The translations under genes were made by a program, and so were the position numbers. The notes beneath the pieces are model-generated. The model was not told the origin of the DNA and did not search any database. It saw nothing but the letters and a program-made list of their open reading frames with translations. Below are positions 52,001 to 64,000 of a stretch of DNA of 64,000 bases, in pieces (position 1 is the stretch's first letter; each line of letters begins with the position of its first letter). This DNA is from Octopus vulgaris (lineage: Eukaryota): positions 26,598,001 to 26,662,000 of the forward strand of contig OX597818.1 in NCBI GenBank assembly GCA_951406725.2, written 5' to 3'.

Positions 52001-53501
52001 AGGAAAAATTCTCCTTGATAGTGAGACCCAGCATTTGGAATGATTGTGAGAGCTCCAGCTGCATGCATGCTATTCATGTTTAAGTGGGGTATAAGATAAC
52101 AATGTTTTGTTGGTATAAGTACATATCTATGATTACTTGTTAAAGCACATGTGCATACATACATTACTAGTTGCTTCCCATGTCCATGAATGTCAAGTTT
52201 CCTCTCAATTAAGTGGGTACTCCATGTTGATAGTTTTAATGACTGACAAGGACAATCCTTACACAAAAGAGGCTAGAATAAAAATAGCAAAGAAGAGTTG
52301 TTGACAGAAGTCATGGTTGTGGCAACTTTAAAAGGGTCATTCCAGATGGTGATAGAGTGACACATTTGAAACACTTCTGAGCTTCTTTACCATGTTTTTG
52401 TCTCAATTTCAACCATTTTGAGGATTAACTGTAGCTTGTGTTTGTAATAGCAGAGAGGACAACCTTGTGGTCCGTTTCCGATGGTTAATTCACTAGAGAA
52501 AATCTGGCAGAAGAACCTCTCTTCTTTCATTCTAACCACATGCTCTGATCATCATAGCCAGTGTTTCACCATAGTGGGTTATATGCTTGAAGTAGTACTT
52601 ATGGTTTGTTACTAAAGCAATCATCATCATCATCATCATTTAATGTCCTGATTTCCATGCTCGCAGGGATCAGAGAGAATTTGTTGAGGCAGATTTTCTG
52701 CAGCTGGATGGCTTTCTAGTTGCCAACCCTCATTTTTTCCCATAGCTAAACATTTTTTACAAAGAAGACTGAAAACAAACAGCTTTGCTTGTACAATGAT
52801 AATGCTTATTTACAACCATTATGTGAAGCCTAGACAAGGGTACACACAAACACATATATACACATATGTATGACCAGCATTTTTCAGTTTCCATCTAATA
52901 AATCTACTCACAAGTTTGGTTGGTCAAGGGCTATAGTATAAGATATTTGCCCAAGGAACCACACAATGGAAGAATCCAAAATCACATGGTTCAGAAACAA
53001 GCTTCTTAACCATAAAGCCACATCTATGCCTTTGTGTGTGTGTGTGTGTCTGTGTGTGTGTGGTGGTGGTAATTGACAGAACAAAAACAAAAGTAGGAAA
53101 TGTAAACCACTGTATGCAGGAAACTGAAAAATTTAAGTTAGGTGATTGAAAAAACAATTATTTTAGTCTAAGCTATCTTCCAGAACAATTTTAATCAATT
53201 AAATAATAATCTAAAACCCACAATACTGCAATTTTAAGATGATAAAATATCCAGAAAATGCTGTTCAGAGATAATAAAATGATTTGTTATAAATTTACAA
53301 ACAAAAAACAATTGTCTAAAAAAACTGAAGTCATCACTAAAGAGGATGAATATAATACCAGTGTTGTTAAGATCAACAAAAATAGTTTTGTCTGCGAGAG
53401 GAATTAAAGTTAGAACCAAATACCTCCAAAACCTACTAGAGCTATCACTCAGCCTGCTAGAAATACCAGCTAAATTTCTCTGAAAGAACACTCTATCATC
53501 T

Positions 53502-53729
53502 TTAAACCTTTAGCATTTAATCTGGCCATGTCTGATCTAAATGTTTTACCTGGTTTATGTTAAAACTGACCTCATCCAGCCTCTCACCCCTACCCTACAA
53601 TGTTATTCTAAAAATATACAAACATACCATTAAAATCTTGAAGCTACGAGATAATGCATGATTAATTCAAAACGATGTATATAAATAAGCATCACATTTG
53701 ACAAAGAAATCTGAATGCTAAAGGGTTAA
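53502..53729. mobile_element. piggyBac-like MITE
   Basis: TTAA-ACCTTTAGCATT ... AATGCTAAAGGG-TTAA terminal inverted repeats with TTAA target. Confidence 0.8.
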
Positions 53730-54259
53730 GAAAAAGGAAGGTCACATTAGTATTGAATACCTGATGTCTATAAAAGATTGAATAAAAATGTCTGGAACAT
53801 CTTAATTCATAGGTTTGTTTGATCAAATCTGACCTATGCTAAATAATAGCATCTTTATTGATAATGGCTAAGATACTGAAAAGTATGCTAGAAATCTGAC
53901 GTGTTTGCCAGATAAAATTGTTTTGGTTAGTTTGAATTTATGCAGCAGTATATCTGTAATAATTTTTAAAGTAGTAACAATAGAAATTGTTGAATCTCCA
54001 TGAAATGTTGGTGTTGCTTGTTAACTGCTGCTACTCTTTACAGTCTGTCTGCAGATGTCAGTGGAATTTTTAGTAAATCATGGCCTGATTTAAATTGTCA
54101 TTTCTATTTAATTTACTAAAGATGAGACTGTTGTTAAGCAATGTACATTATGACCAGGAAATCTCACTGTTACGCCATCATCTTCTGGCGCTTCATGTAT
54201 GTACCTTTGAGAATTAACTCTTTCATCATCATTGTTATCATCATAGTCATCATTATCCT

Positions 54260-54725
54260 CATCATCATCATCATAACATTCACTTTTCCATGCTTGCACA
54301 GGTCAAACAGAGTTTATTGAAGCAGATTTTCTATGGCCAGATATTTTTTTTTGTTGCCAACCTTCACCCGTTTCCAAGGTAATATTTCCCAGACTCGATG
54401 TTTCAGACTATTGGAAATGAATGACACTGCTTGTATGGCAGTGATACTCATTTACAACTATCATGTGATGTGTAGACGAAGAGACACAAACATTCACTCT
54501 CTCAGACTCACACACACATATGTACATAAATACATACATACATACACACATATATGTATACATGCATACATGATGGGCTTCTTTCAGTCTCCATCTACCA
54601 AACCCACTCACAAGGCTTTGATTAGCTTAGAACTATAGTAGAAGACACCCAAGGTGCCAGACAATGAGACTGAGCCTGAAACCATGTTGTTAGAAAGCAA
54701 ACTTCTCAACCACACAGCTATGCCT
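54260..54725 (-). mobile_element. SINE with the dominant head and an RTE-like 3' tail; similar copies at ~7890-8345, ~29390-29800 and ~52620-53030
   Basis: On the minus strand the head is followed by a microsatellite and a tail ending ...GCATGGAAAAGTGAATGTT(ATG)n, which resembles the LINE 3' end at 27500-27545. Confidence 0.75.
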
Positions 54726-54774
54726 GTACCAATACACACGGTTACACTTGCAAGTTTATATAGTATAAAGGTAG

Positions 54775-55085
54775 TGTAAAGGTAACCAGTGGTTAAGGCA
54801 GCGGACTTGCGGTCAGGGGATCGCAGTTTCAATTCCCAGACCGGGCGTTGTGTGTGTTCATTGAGCGAAAACACCTAAAGCTCCACAAGGCTCCGGCAGG
54901 AGGTGGTGGCAACCCCTGTTGTACTTTTTCGCCCCAACTTTCTCTCACTCTCTCTTCCTGTTTCTTGAGTAATGCTTCGATAGACTGGATTCCCGTCCAA
55001 CTGGGGGAAACACATATGCCACAGAAACCGGGAAACCAAGCCCATGAGCCTGGCTAGGCTTGAAAAGAGCACATAAATAAAAAAT
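54775..55085 (+). mobile_element. Third tRNA-derived SINE family
   Basis: AGTGGTTAAGGCAGCGGACTTGCGGTC...GTTTCAATTCC tRNA-like head, GATAGACTGGATTCCCGTCCA central motif, A-rich tail. Confidence 0.7.
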
Positions 55086-58000
55086 AAATTTGAAGAAACT
55101 TATTTGATACTCTTGACAAACTCTGTTTCCGCAGAATATTTTGAAATTATTTCTGCTTTCATAAATGCTTTCATTCACTGGCTAATGAAGACATAAGGTG
55201 ATACAATCTTGACACATGTAAGCAATTAATAGTGTAGTCTGATGATGAATGCATGAGATCTCATCAGAAACTCAGCTTAGACTGTAACTTTAAAAGCTTT
55301 ACAGCTGACACATAAAGAAACCAAATATTTTTATAATTTATTCATAATTGGAATCTCTTCTTCCTATATATAGATCAAAATGGAGAAAACAAAGCACTAG
55401 CTTTAACTTCAGCTATACATCAGGATCATTTTTTTTTTGGAAATAACCCTGAAAGATTCTCTGACTTATGACTTTACTCTTCAGGTAGAAAATCATGCCA
55501 TCTCTCATCAGATTGATTTTAAAACTGTAATTATGAAATCTCAAATTTAAATTATCTGATCTGATGTATATTTTAGTGGAAGTGAATGGAATACTCTGAG
55601 ACTTTAAGGAACCCAGTAACTCAACCTGATGAGCACAGTATATCTTGCTGTCAGTAATAATTAATAAATTTACCTACTTAGACACTTATTTGTAGCCCAA
55701 CTTAGTCAACTTAGTTAACACAATGCTTTCCTACAAGTTATTTAGTACAATCAGCATATATACTCTGTACCATTATGTTGTGTTGCATTCTAATAAAGAA
55801 ATTATTCAGCACTTCCAAAATAGATGGCTTTTGTTTCAGTTAAAGTATTTTAGTTTCAGTCATAGAAATGTTAATTTTTAAGTTTATAATGAGATATATC
55901 ATCAGACCTAACTTCAGTTAAGGCTACAGTTAGGTATGATGAAAGTTCTGAAACTGAGAGAATCAATATTTCTGAAAATTGCCTTGACTTGTCAACCTTG
56001 GTTTCCGATAAAGTTCTATAATAGTAACCCAATCAAACACTATAAACTAATAAACCTCAACTAAGCTGACAACTTTGCAATAACTGGCAACAGGTATGTG
56101 GGTATCCAATTAGTCATTCAATGCATCTGTGTGTATGCATCGTATGCTGGCATGAAAATCAATGCTGCTAAGACAAAATTTGTACTCACTGGTAGCTCAC
56201 CTTCTTAAAGGGCCTCATCATACTCATTGGTGAGATTCTGAATGCATTTGATCAATTCAAGTGCTTTGTTGTTGCACTCTTTCATTATCAACAGCCAGCT
56301 TTAGACCAGGACACATTCATGTAGACACAAAATTTTGCATGTGTTGAGCATGATTTTGCACCATGCTAGTCTTGTGAAGCAAGACTATGAGAGTGGCAAA
56401 CATACATAAGCTGGAAGTATTTGACCAGTTTTACTCTTGCCAAATCCTTCATGTTCTTGCTTTGGATTTTGTCAAATTTTGAAGATTATTATGGCCATAT
56501 TGATTGTCTTTGCAGCTCTTGTTTAAAAAATACCTTTGCTGGTGTGATCATTCACTGTTATCCACAGAGCAAATTCATCTATGATGTAGCCATACCAAAG
56601 TGCCTTTTGGGACAGCATAAACAGCAAGTGAAGTAGTTGAAAACGTGGTTTAGTATGCTTAAGTCTGATGTTAAATTGATATCCTTGCATACATGCTATT
56701 CTCCATTAAAATCATGACTAATTGACATTCACTGTATCAGACATTTTGTGATCACTGAGCATAGTTGGCTTCTGTTTGCAATACTGTGGATTCATTGATT
56801 GGAACTAGTTCAATTGGGTGAACACCAACATAACTACAAATACACAAAACAATGAACCGTCTACTGACTTTAATCTGTGTTGTTCTACTCCCATCAAAGA
56901 CCTGTTCAAAGACACCGTTCATTTGAATATTTTGCATTATATGCTAACACTAAAAAATATTGGAATTTTGAAGCATCATTTTGATGATATTGTATGCATG
57001 CAGTTTCATATTGGGTTTAAAGAAGAATGTAAATAACTTTATACTATAATAACAATAGCAATGATTGAATCTCCATGAGGTACTGCGATTTGAAGGAGAG
57101 ATTTGGTTGCTTTTTTTTAGCAGCTTGAGGACCACATAGAGACCTCTCAGCACAGCAATTTTATTATTCCCAAACTATGAGGACTTATTCAGATTGCAGC
57201 ATTGCTATACTTTGGGAAATTATGATTTATTTAAGATCATTATCATTATTATTTCTCTGATATGTATAAGAGCCAAACATTGAGTTTATAAGCATTGCAA
57301 TAAACTCAAGACATTCAACTCTGTTAGCTTAAGGTTTCATGCCTAATTAAATTGTCCTCATATTCTAAGATTCCATGCCAGAGGTTTTGCACCTGCTCCT
57401 TCTTAACTACAGTATATCATGCATAATTAAGAAGTCATCAATTTTTAAAATCTTTTCTTTCTTACTGTTTTTATTTTATTTATTTATTTATTTTGTAATA
57501 CTGGCAGATATATAGGCAGACCATGGTTAGTTTTCTTTTGCTTAAGAAAAAAATATTAATATTTTATATTTTTAAATATATTTCTTAATTACATCATAAT
57601 TGATATTTCACAATTACCTTGCATGTTTTTTCATCTCCTTTCATCCAAATCATTTCTTATAAGTATATTGTGTGTATGACTGTGTCTGTACATGGACATG
57701 AATGTGCACCTGTGCATGTATGTTTGCTGAGGATTGTGTGTGTATGTGTGTGTGTGAGTGCATGCTTGTGCACGTGTGTGTGTTTAAAATGAGGCAGTCT
57801 ATTGTAACAGTTCTATGAATTTCTGTTCTTCCTGTAGAACTAATTCACCCCTAGGCTGCAGATTTTCTCCATTATTTGTTATTGTTAAAACTACTTTCAC
57901 CTAACTCTATTTAAACAAAGCCACAACACTGAGGTCATTTGAAGCCCATACTCTTTGCCTTGTGTACATACAGTGCATCCCTGATAGAATAGTAATTTAA

Positions 58001-58864
58001 TACATCTGATTCTGTTAGTTTCAATACTTATTTATAAGCCAAAGTTTCCACACTGAATGTTCACTGGTGTTACTTGAGAAACTGACATGCTGCTGTTAAT
58101 TATCTTTTTTTTTTAACTCTGGATTAGTTTTAATTGTGAAGATCTATAATCAAATGTATTCCATCCTTTTGCATCCCATCATTTTAGTTTCAGTCATCAT
58201 GTTCCTGACGCTACATTAACCAGTGTTGTCTTACATGTCATCAGTTTTAATGTAGATTCTAATGTAATTTAAGTGAAATTTGACTGCTGTTTCTAGCAGC
58301 TTGAGCAACCATATAAATTGTTTGGCTTGATTGGTACACATATGATGCTGAAGGTTTTTGTTTGTTTGTTTTTTATCTGTCTATCCAAACATCTACTCTA
58401 CCTTTTAAAGCATCCATTAGATATATTGTTTATATAATATTGAATTGCAAAGTACATTTTTTTTTACTGTAATGAACAAACTACTTTCTTATTTTCAAGA
58501 CTCCCTCAAGGTCATAATAAGTACTAATTGTTGTTTTTAGTGGTATTATTTTACCAAGATTCTATTGATATTTATGCTTGACATAATCACTAACAATTTT
58601 ATAAGGTACTATATAAATATTAACAATATTTGTTTGTGCTTGCACAGATATGTGTCTATACGTGTGTACATTCACTGTTCTGTGTACTTTCAATGTTCCT
58701 CATTCTTCATTTTCTTTCTAAGAATTTTTTTTTTTTTCCTTTATTGGGTTTATAACTTTTTATCTTCCTGTAAATGAAGATATTGAAAGTCATGAAAATT
58801 GCATGACTGCCCACATATTTACTTGTAAGTGCAATTGCGCACTACTGATTTAAGAGAGTTTTTT

Positions 58865-58898
<34 letters not shown>

Positions 58899-59739
58899 AT
58901 ATAAAGCTGTACTTGAAGTACATTGGAGGAAATATCATAGCAACTAGTATGTGACTAGTTTATTTCCAAGATAAATTCTGTTGCTACTGAATTACATTAG
59001 AGGATTTCAAATTAATTAATAACTTAGTATTTCTAGGAAATTCCTATGAGAATACTCGTTTTATATTCACACATTATTTTGATAACCAAACTGTTCCTCA
59101 TTATATATTTATCTGATAAGGGAAGCGGAGCTGGCCAAGAGGGAAGAACATCTACTAAAAAGTATTTCATTTTTCACCTGTTTCAGTATTTAATTTTTTA
59201 CTTGCTGAGACACTGCCTTGAATGAATCAACCTCAGGATTTATTTTTTTGAGTTTGATACTTATCCTATCGGTCACTAATGTCAAACTGTTCTAAGTTAT
59301 AGGGATGTAAGCAAACTGACACCAGTTGTTAAACAGTGATTGAGGACACACACACACACACACACACATGCACATATATATATATGAATATATACAACAG
59401 GTTTCTGTTATTTACTGCCTCCCACTCCAAGGTGCACTGGAATTGAACTCAGAACCATGTCATTGGGAAGCAAACTTTGTACTACACTGCCACACTTGCA
59501 CATTGCAGTTTTTAGATTTAATCCTTTCAGTTGCAAATTCAAATCTAATTCATTTTTTTTATTCACAATTGATAAAATGAAAGCAGTAATAAAATTGGAA
59601 TTAATTCATTGTTTTTTTTTTAATAAAAATTAGCCTTTTTTATCTTGTCTGGTTCAAAGAAATCCTTTCTTTACCTCAAAAGTAAACTTACCCATTGATA
59701 ACAAATTAAAAAAGAAAAATTTAAATCTTATATGAAAAT

Positions 59740-60075
59740 TTACCAACCACATGGTTCCAAATTCAGTCCCACTGTGTGGCACCTTGGGCAAGTGACTTCT
59801 ACTATGGCCTCAAGCCAACAAAAGCCTTGTGAGTAGATTTGGTAGATGGAAACTGAAAGAAGTCTATAGTATATATATATGTATATATATCTATCTGTGT
59901 CTTTGTGTCTGTTTGTCCTTCCACCACTGCTTGACAACTGGTGTTGGTGTGTTTACATCCATGTAACTTAGCAGTTCAGCTAAAAGAAACCAATAGAATA
60001 AATGCCAGGCTTAAAAAAAAGAAGTACTGGAGTTGATTGATTCATTCAACTAAAAATTTAGAGTGGTGCCCCAAT
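59740..60075 (+). mobile_element. Dominant-family SINE, partial
   Basis: Homology to 79-470. Confidence 0.85.
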
Positions 60076-60297
60076 ATTGCCTGAAAAGATTCATAGATCA
60101 ATATTTACAAAATATAAGTAGCTAGTGTAATTTTGCATTTCATATCCTAAGCATCTCTTATTGTAGGTTACCTGTGTAGTTCAATACTGTAGCTTAATAC
60201 ATCACCTTACTATATTTTAACCGTTATATCTTTACAACTCTTATATCTTGAAGAACATCTAATTTATTATTGCTTTTTATTTTCTCTTATTCTTCAG

Positions 60298-60358
60298 ATC
60301 ACAGCGTACCTCGGCAAACGGGATTTTATTGACCATCTTTCTCACATTGACCCTGTTG
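60298..60358 (+). CDS. ARRB1: Beta-arrestin-like gene, next coding exon (equivalent to ARRB1 exon 3), encodes ITAYLGKRDFIDHLSHIDPV(D)
   Basis: TTCTTCAG| acceptor and GTAAGT donor. The 61-nt exon is in frame with the 32670-32700 exon and carries the arrestin signature YLGKRDF.DH....DP. Confidence 0.95.
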
Positions 60359-60714
60359 GTAAGTCATTAAAGACAGTGATAAATTTTTCATGTATCTGTA
60401 CTTGTGATGAAGCAATCAATTCATTTGTTGTAAGATACCAGAGTTCTAGTCCATACTGATTTAATTGTAGAAAAATATCATTACATAAATAGAAATATTA
60501 CATTTCTAAACCTCCCAGAGATATCTATCTATACAGTAGCAGCATGATAAAGTGATGGTATGTTGTCAACTTAATGTGACAGTCCCATGAAAGGGAAGAA
60601 TGCTACTGCTATTTAGCCCCAGGAAACACCATTTCCTATTGGCCATGACACATTTTCTCTGTCCTTATATTTTCAAAGGGGGATATAAGCACCCCCACCC
60701 AGCAAAGCCAGCAA

Positions 60715-60755
60715 CCAGAGACTAGTTTCAGAGTCATTGCTCATCATCAGTCTGG
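60715..60755 (-). ncRNA. Minimal type I hammerhead ribozyme in the left arm of an inverted repeat
   Basis: CCAGA-CUGAUGA-U-GAG[CAAUGA]CUC-U-GAAA-CUAG-UC^-UCUGG. Perfect 5-bp stem I, palindromic ACUAGU stem III, GUC cleavage triplet. Confidence 0.8.
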
Positions 60756-61345
60756 AGTAGCATGGCTTGTTAGCTGAATTTTTTATTAAGAAAATAAATG
60801 TCACACATACATGGTACAGCACAAAACAACACATACAAAGGAAGTTAATGTGAGTTCAAATGAACCTTATTTAAAAGAAGGAAGGTGAGGTGTGTTTTTT
60901 CTGTACAGTTGCTGTGCTGAAAGAATATATGTGGAAGACTAGAATGCAAGGACTCATGATGGGATCCTTCCTCTCTAGCTCTGGTTTGCTACAATTCTTC
61001 AGTTATCATCTGAAGAGCAAGATAGAGCTGGAGAGAAGGATCCTGTTGCAAAGTGTGTTTGAGGAAAGATGGAAGGCTGTTTTAAGAAAGGTGGGTGCAA
61101 GTAACCTTACTTAATCTGCACTGGAAAAAAAAGGAAAGGGGTAGTCACTGGACCTTTTTAGGCAACCAGGTATAATCCCCTCCCCAAAAGGAAAAAGACT
61201 ATAAATTAAAATTAATCATTAAAATTTTTAAATGAGGATCATTTGAACTCCTATTAACTTTTTTGTATGTGTTGTTTTGTGCTGTACCATGTATGTGTGA
61301 CATTTATTTTCTTAATAAAAAATTCACCTAGCAAACCATGCTACT

Positions 61346-61386
61346 CCAGACTGATGATGAGCAATGAGTCTTAAACTAGTCTCTGA
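61346..61386 (+). ncRNA. Mutated hammerhead copy in the right arm (GAAA changed to UAAA)
   Basis: CCAGA-CUGAUGA-UGAGCAAUGAGUCU-UAAA-CUAGUC-UCUGA, the inverted counterpart of 60715-60755. Confidence 0.7.
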
Positions 61387-61630
61387 GTGCTGGCTTTGCT
61401 GGGTGGAGGTGCTTATCTCTCCCTTTGAAAACATAAGGACACAGAAAATGTGTCATGGCCAACTGGAAATGGTGTTTCCTGGGGCTAAATAGCAGTAGCA
61501 TTCTTCCCTTTTGTGGGACTGTCACATTAAGTTGACAACATACCATTACTTTATCATTACATAATAATCTTTATAATGATTTTTTTTTGGGGGTTGGGGG
61601 GATCAACTATAGTTTATATAATTCTACAGT

Positions 61631-61750
61631 GCTTACGGCCATATCAAGTTGAAAACACCGGTTCTTGTCCGATTACCGAAGTTAAGCAACATCGACCCTA
61701 GTTAGTACTTAGATGGGTGACCGCTTGGGAAACCTAGGTGCTGTAAGCAT
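61631..61750 (+). rRNA. 5S rRNA: Dispersed 5S rRNA gene or pseudogene copy
   Basis: GCTTACGGCCATATC...CCGATTACCGAAGTTAAGC...AGTACTTAGATGGGTGACCGCTTGGGAA...GCTGTAAGCAT, 120 nt, 5' and 3' ends pair, followed by a T6 Pol III terminator. It has a few non-canonical substitutions. Confidence 0.93.
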
Positions 61751-61759
61751 ATTTTTTAA

Positions 61760-61924
61760 GGCGTAGGAGTGGCTGCGTGGTAAGTAGGTTGCTTACAAAC
61801 CACATGGTTCCGGGTTCAGTCCCACTACGTGGCACCTTGGGCAAGTGTCTTCTACTATAGCCTTGGGCTGACCTTCTGAGTGGATTTGGTAGACGGAAAC
61901 TGAAAGAAGCCTGTCGTATATATG

Positions 61925-61957
<33 letters not shown>

Positions 61958-62195
61958 GTTTGTGTGTCTACGTTTGTGTGTCTGTGTTTGTCCCCCCAAC
62001 ATCGCTTGACAACTGATGCTGGTGTGTTTACGTCCCCGTAACTTAGCGGTTCAACAAAAGAGACCGATAGAATAAGTACTAGGCTTACAAAGAATAAGTT
62101 CTGGGGTCAATTTGCTTGACTAAAGGCGGTGCTCCTGTATGGCCACAGTCAAATGACTGAAACAAGTAAAAGAGTAAAAAGAGAGTAAAAGAGTG
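61760..62195 (+). mobile_element. Dominant-family SINE, full length, abutting the 5S copy
   Basis: GGCGTAGGAGTGGCTGCGTGG head through the (AAAAGAGT)n tail. Confidence 0.9.
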
Positions 62196-64000
62196 ACTTT
62201 TTTCATACTCATAAGAAATTTTGTTTCACTAGCAAGACTGTTGACCTTAGAAAAACTCATATATATATATATATATATAAGCTTTGTTTTTGTAATTTGT
62301 TCTTTTACTGTTTGTCCTTTATAACTTTAAAAATGTGTAAAGATTTCATAAAAATTTAATAAGATCTTTGTCATACTTGTTCTTTGACAAGTTTCAGAAA
62401 ATTAGATTGGAATGTTGAAACTGAATTATATAACTCATTTTCTAAATTCTCATCAATGCATGAGATGAGTTTATTAATGTACGAATTCTAACAGTAGAAA
62501 ATGTTCATTCTCATGCCCATAGTGGTATAAGTTAACAATTCCAATTGTCACAGTTAGAAAAGTTCAATCAATTCTTATTTGTCTTTTTTTTTTTAAATTC
62601 ATTAAAAATTTAATTTATGGGAGAAACAGATCTGTTATATTTTTCTTGAAATTTATCACATGAATTTCATCTGGTTAGTTAAAAAAGGGGGTTTCATTTA
62701 CCTTGAAGTTCTTTTTTTTTTTTTTTTTGTATGTTGAAGCAGACTACATCTGCATAATAGACTTTAAATTTAGAAATATTTAACCAATCTTTTATTGTGT
62801 ATTGCATATTTCCAATATTATCGTCACCATCAACAACATCACCAACTGTGGTGCCTGATACACTCTGCTAAAAGCTTTTGCGTCAGCATGCTGTTCAGAA
62901 ATATTAATTTGCCTCTTGGTATAAAGCTCTATACTTCACTAGCAACAGCTTATGAAGTAACAGAGGTTATGTTGTCCTAAAGAAAAATATTAAGTAAATA
63001 TTGTAAATGTTTCAAATAAAGTGAATAAATATTTTAATTATTACAAATCGTGAATAGGGATAGGAGGAAAATTCTGATTTTGGATTTCAACGTCACTTTT
63101 ATGGATAGAATGCCTTTCTTTTCCTTTACTCTGTCCTTAGTTTTTTTTGGGTTTTTTTTTTTTGTATGTACTAAATTTATTGAGAGCTCAATTTAATCAA
63201 TCAAAAAACAGGAAATCAGATGAACTTGGTCAAGGACAAGAGTCATTCTCAGATCTAGAAGCCACTGTTACATCTAATAGGACTAACATGTCTGTGGCTA
63301 TCATTTTACTGCTAAACATCAGACACACTCCTCATTGCATTTAATTAATCAAATTTTGGAGTTGTCATCCCTTGCTTTTTCTTTTTTTTTTTTTTTTTTG
63401 CTTACCAAAATTAGTCAGGAAAAGATTTGTTCTCATCACTAATTAATTAAAATTACACAAAGGGTGTGATTTAAAATTTATTGGCATACTACATCAAGTA
63501 TGTCTGTGTCCACTTTACTATAATCTGCATGAAGTGGTCGAGTCACACAGCTACTGTCCAAAGTAAAAAGGATGAAGTAATCAAGAGAGATGGTGAATAG
63601 AACAGATCTCAGCACTGTTTTTAAAGTCAATTGACCAGTTAACATTAATAGATAGATTTCCTGTTCAGTGGATAGGAAATAGCTAAGTAAAGAATCAATA
63701 CTGTATTATTGGTATAACTCAGAAGTATAGTAGTAGCAATAACATTTGATATAGAAGTTCAAGTTTCATAATCATGGATTACAATGAAAAGTCACATTGT
63801 GTCAACAGATTTGATATTGGTTAAATTAAGTTGTTATTATTGTTGTTCTTTAGCCGTAGGTCAGTCCTGATTAAGACAATGAATGACCAAGACAACCAAT
63901 AATCAAAGGCTTTACCTCCATGAACAGCTTATCTTTTATTCAGGTATAGTGTGATATATCCTAAGGACCTTTCTTAGTAGCATATCATTTGAGGAAGATT

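Larger units (their letters stand above)
60544..61557. repeat. Long inverted repeat (~332-bp arms at 60544-60876 and 61226-61557, ~350-bp spacer)
   Basis: The arms are reverse complements with scattered mismatches, e.g. TGTTGTCAACTTAATGTGACAGTCCC / GGGACTGTCACATTAAGTTGACAACA. Confidence 0.95.

Noticed and set aside
55234-55286. CTGATGA...GAAAC hammerhead-like motif
   Set aside because: No valid NUH triplet is positioned between stem III and stem I. At most a heavily decayed copy.
56050-56640. Possible decayed LINE coding fragment
   Set aside because: No recognisable motif could be recovered by hand, so a translated search is needed.
44-63344. Most short ORFs in the six-frame track
   Set aside because: They are translations of microsatellites, SINEs or antisense LINE frames (HTHT, CVCV, LSLS, IIII) with no protein signal.

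Overview
AT-rich, microsatellite- and SINE-dense eukaryotic DNA; the repeat landscape and the 5S rRNA sequence suggest a cephalopod (octopus-like) genome, which is an inference. The window is mostly intronic sequence of a + strand beta-arrestin-type gene: a 31-nt exon (32670-32700) and a 61-nt exon (60298-60358) are separated by a 27.6-kb intron, and no first coding exon was recognised. The introns hold a 5'-truncated RTE-clade LINE with an uninterrupted ORF and a PHD-like finger, nested inside a hAT-type MITE. They also hold other decayed LINEs, several tRNA-derived SINE families, a non-autonomous Helitron, foldback mariner derivatives, piggyBac-like MITEs, a solo LTR, a 56-bp minisatellite and a dispersed 5S rRNA copy. 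The most interesting signal is a set of eight loci with minimal hammerhead ribozyme motifs (intact, truncated or decayed) of the Penelope-like type. Four lie in inverted repeats, one follows a Penelope GIY-YIG remnant and a tRNA-like Pol III head, and one pair flanks an L1/Tx1-like fragment.
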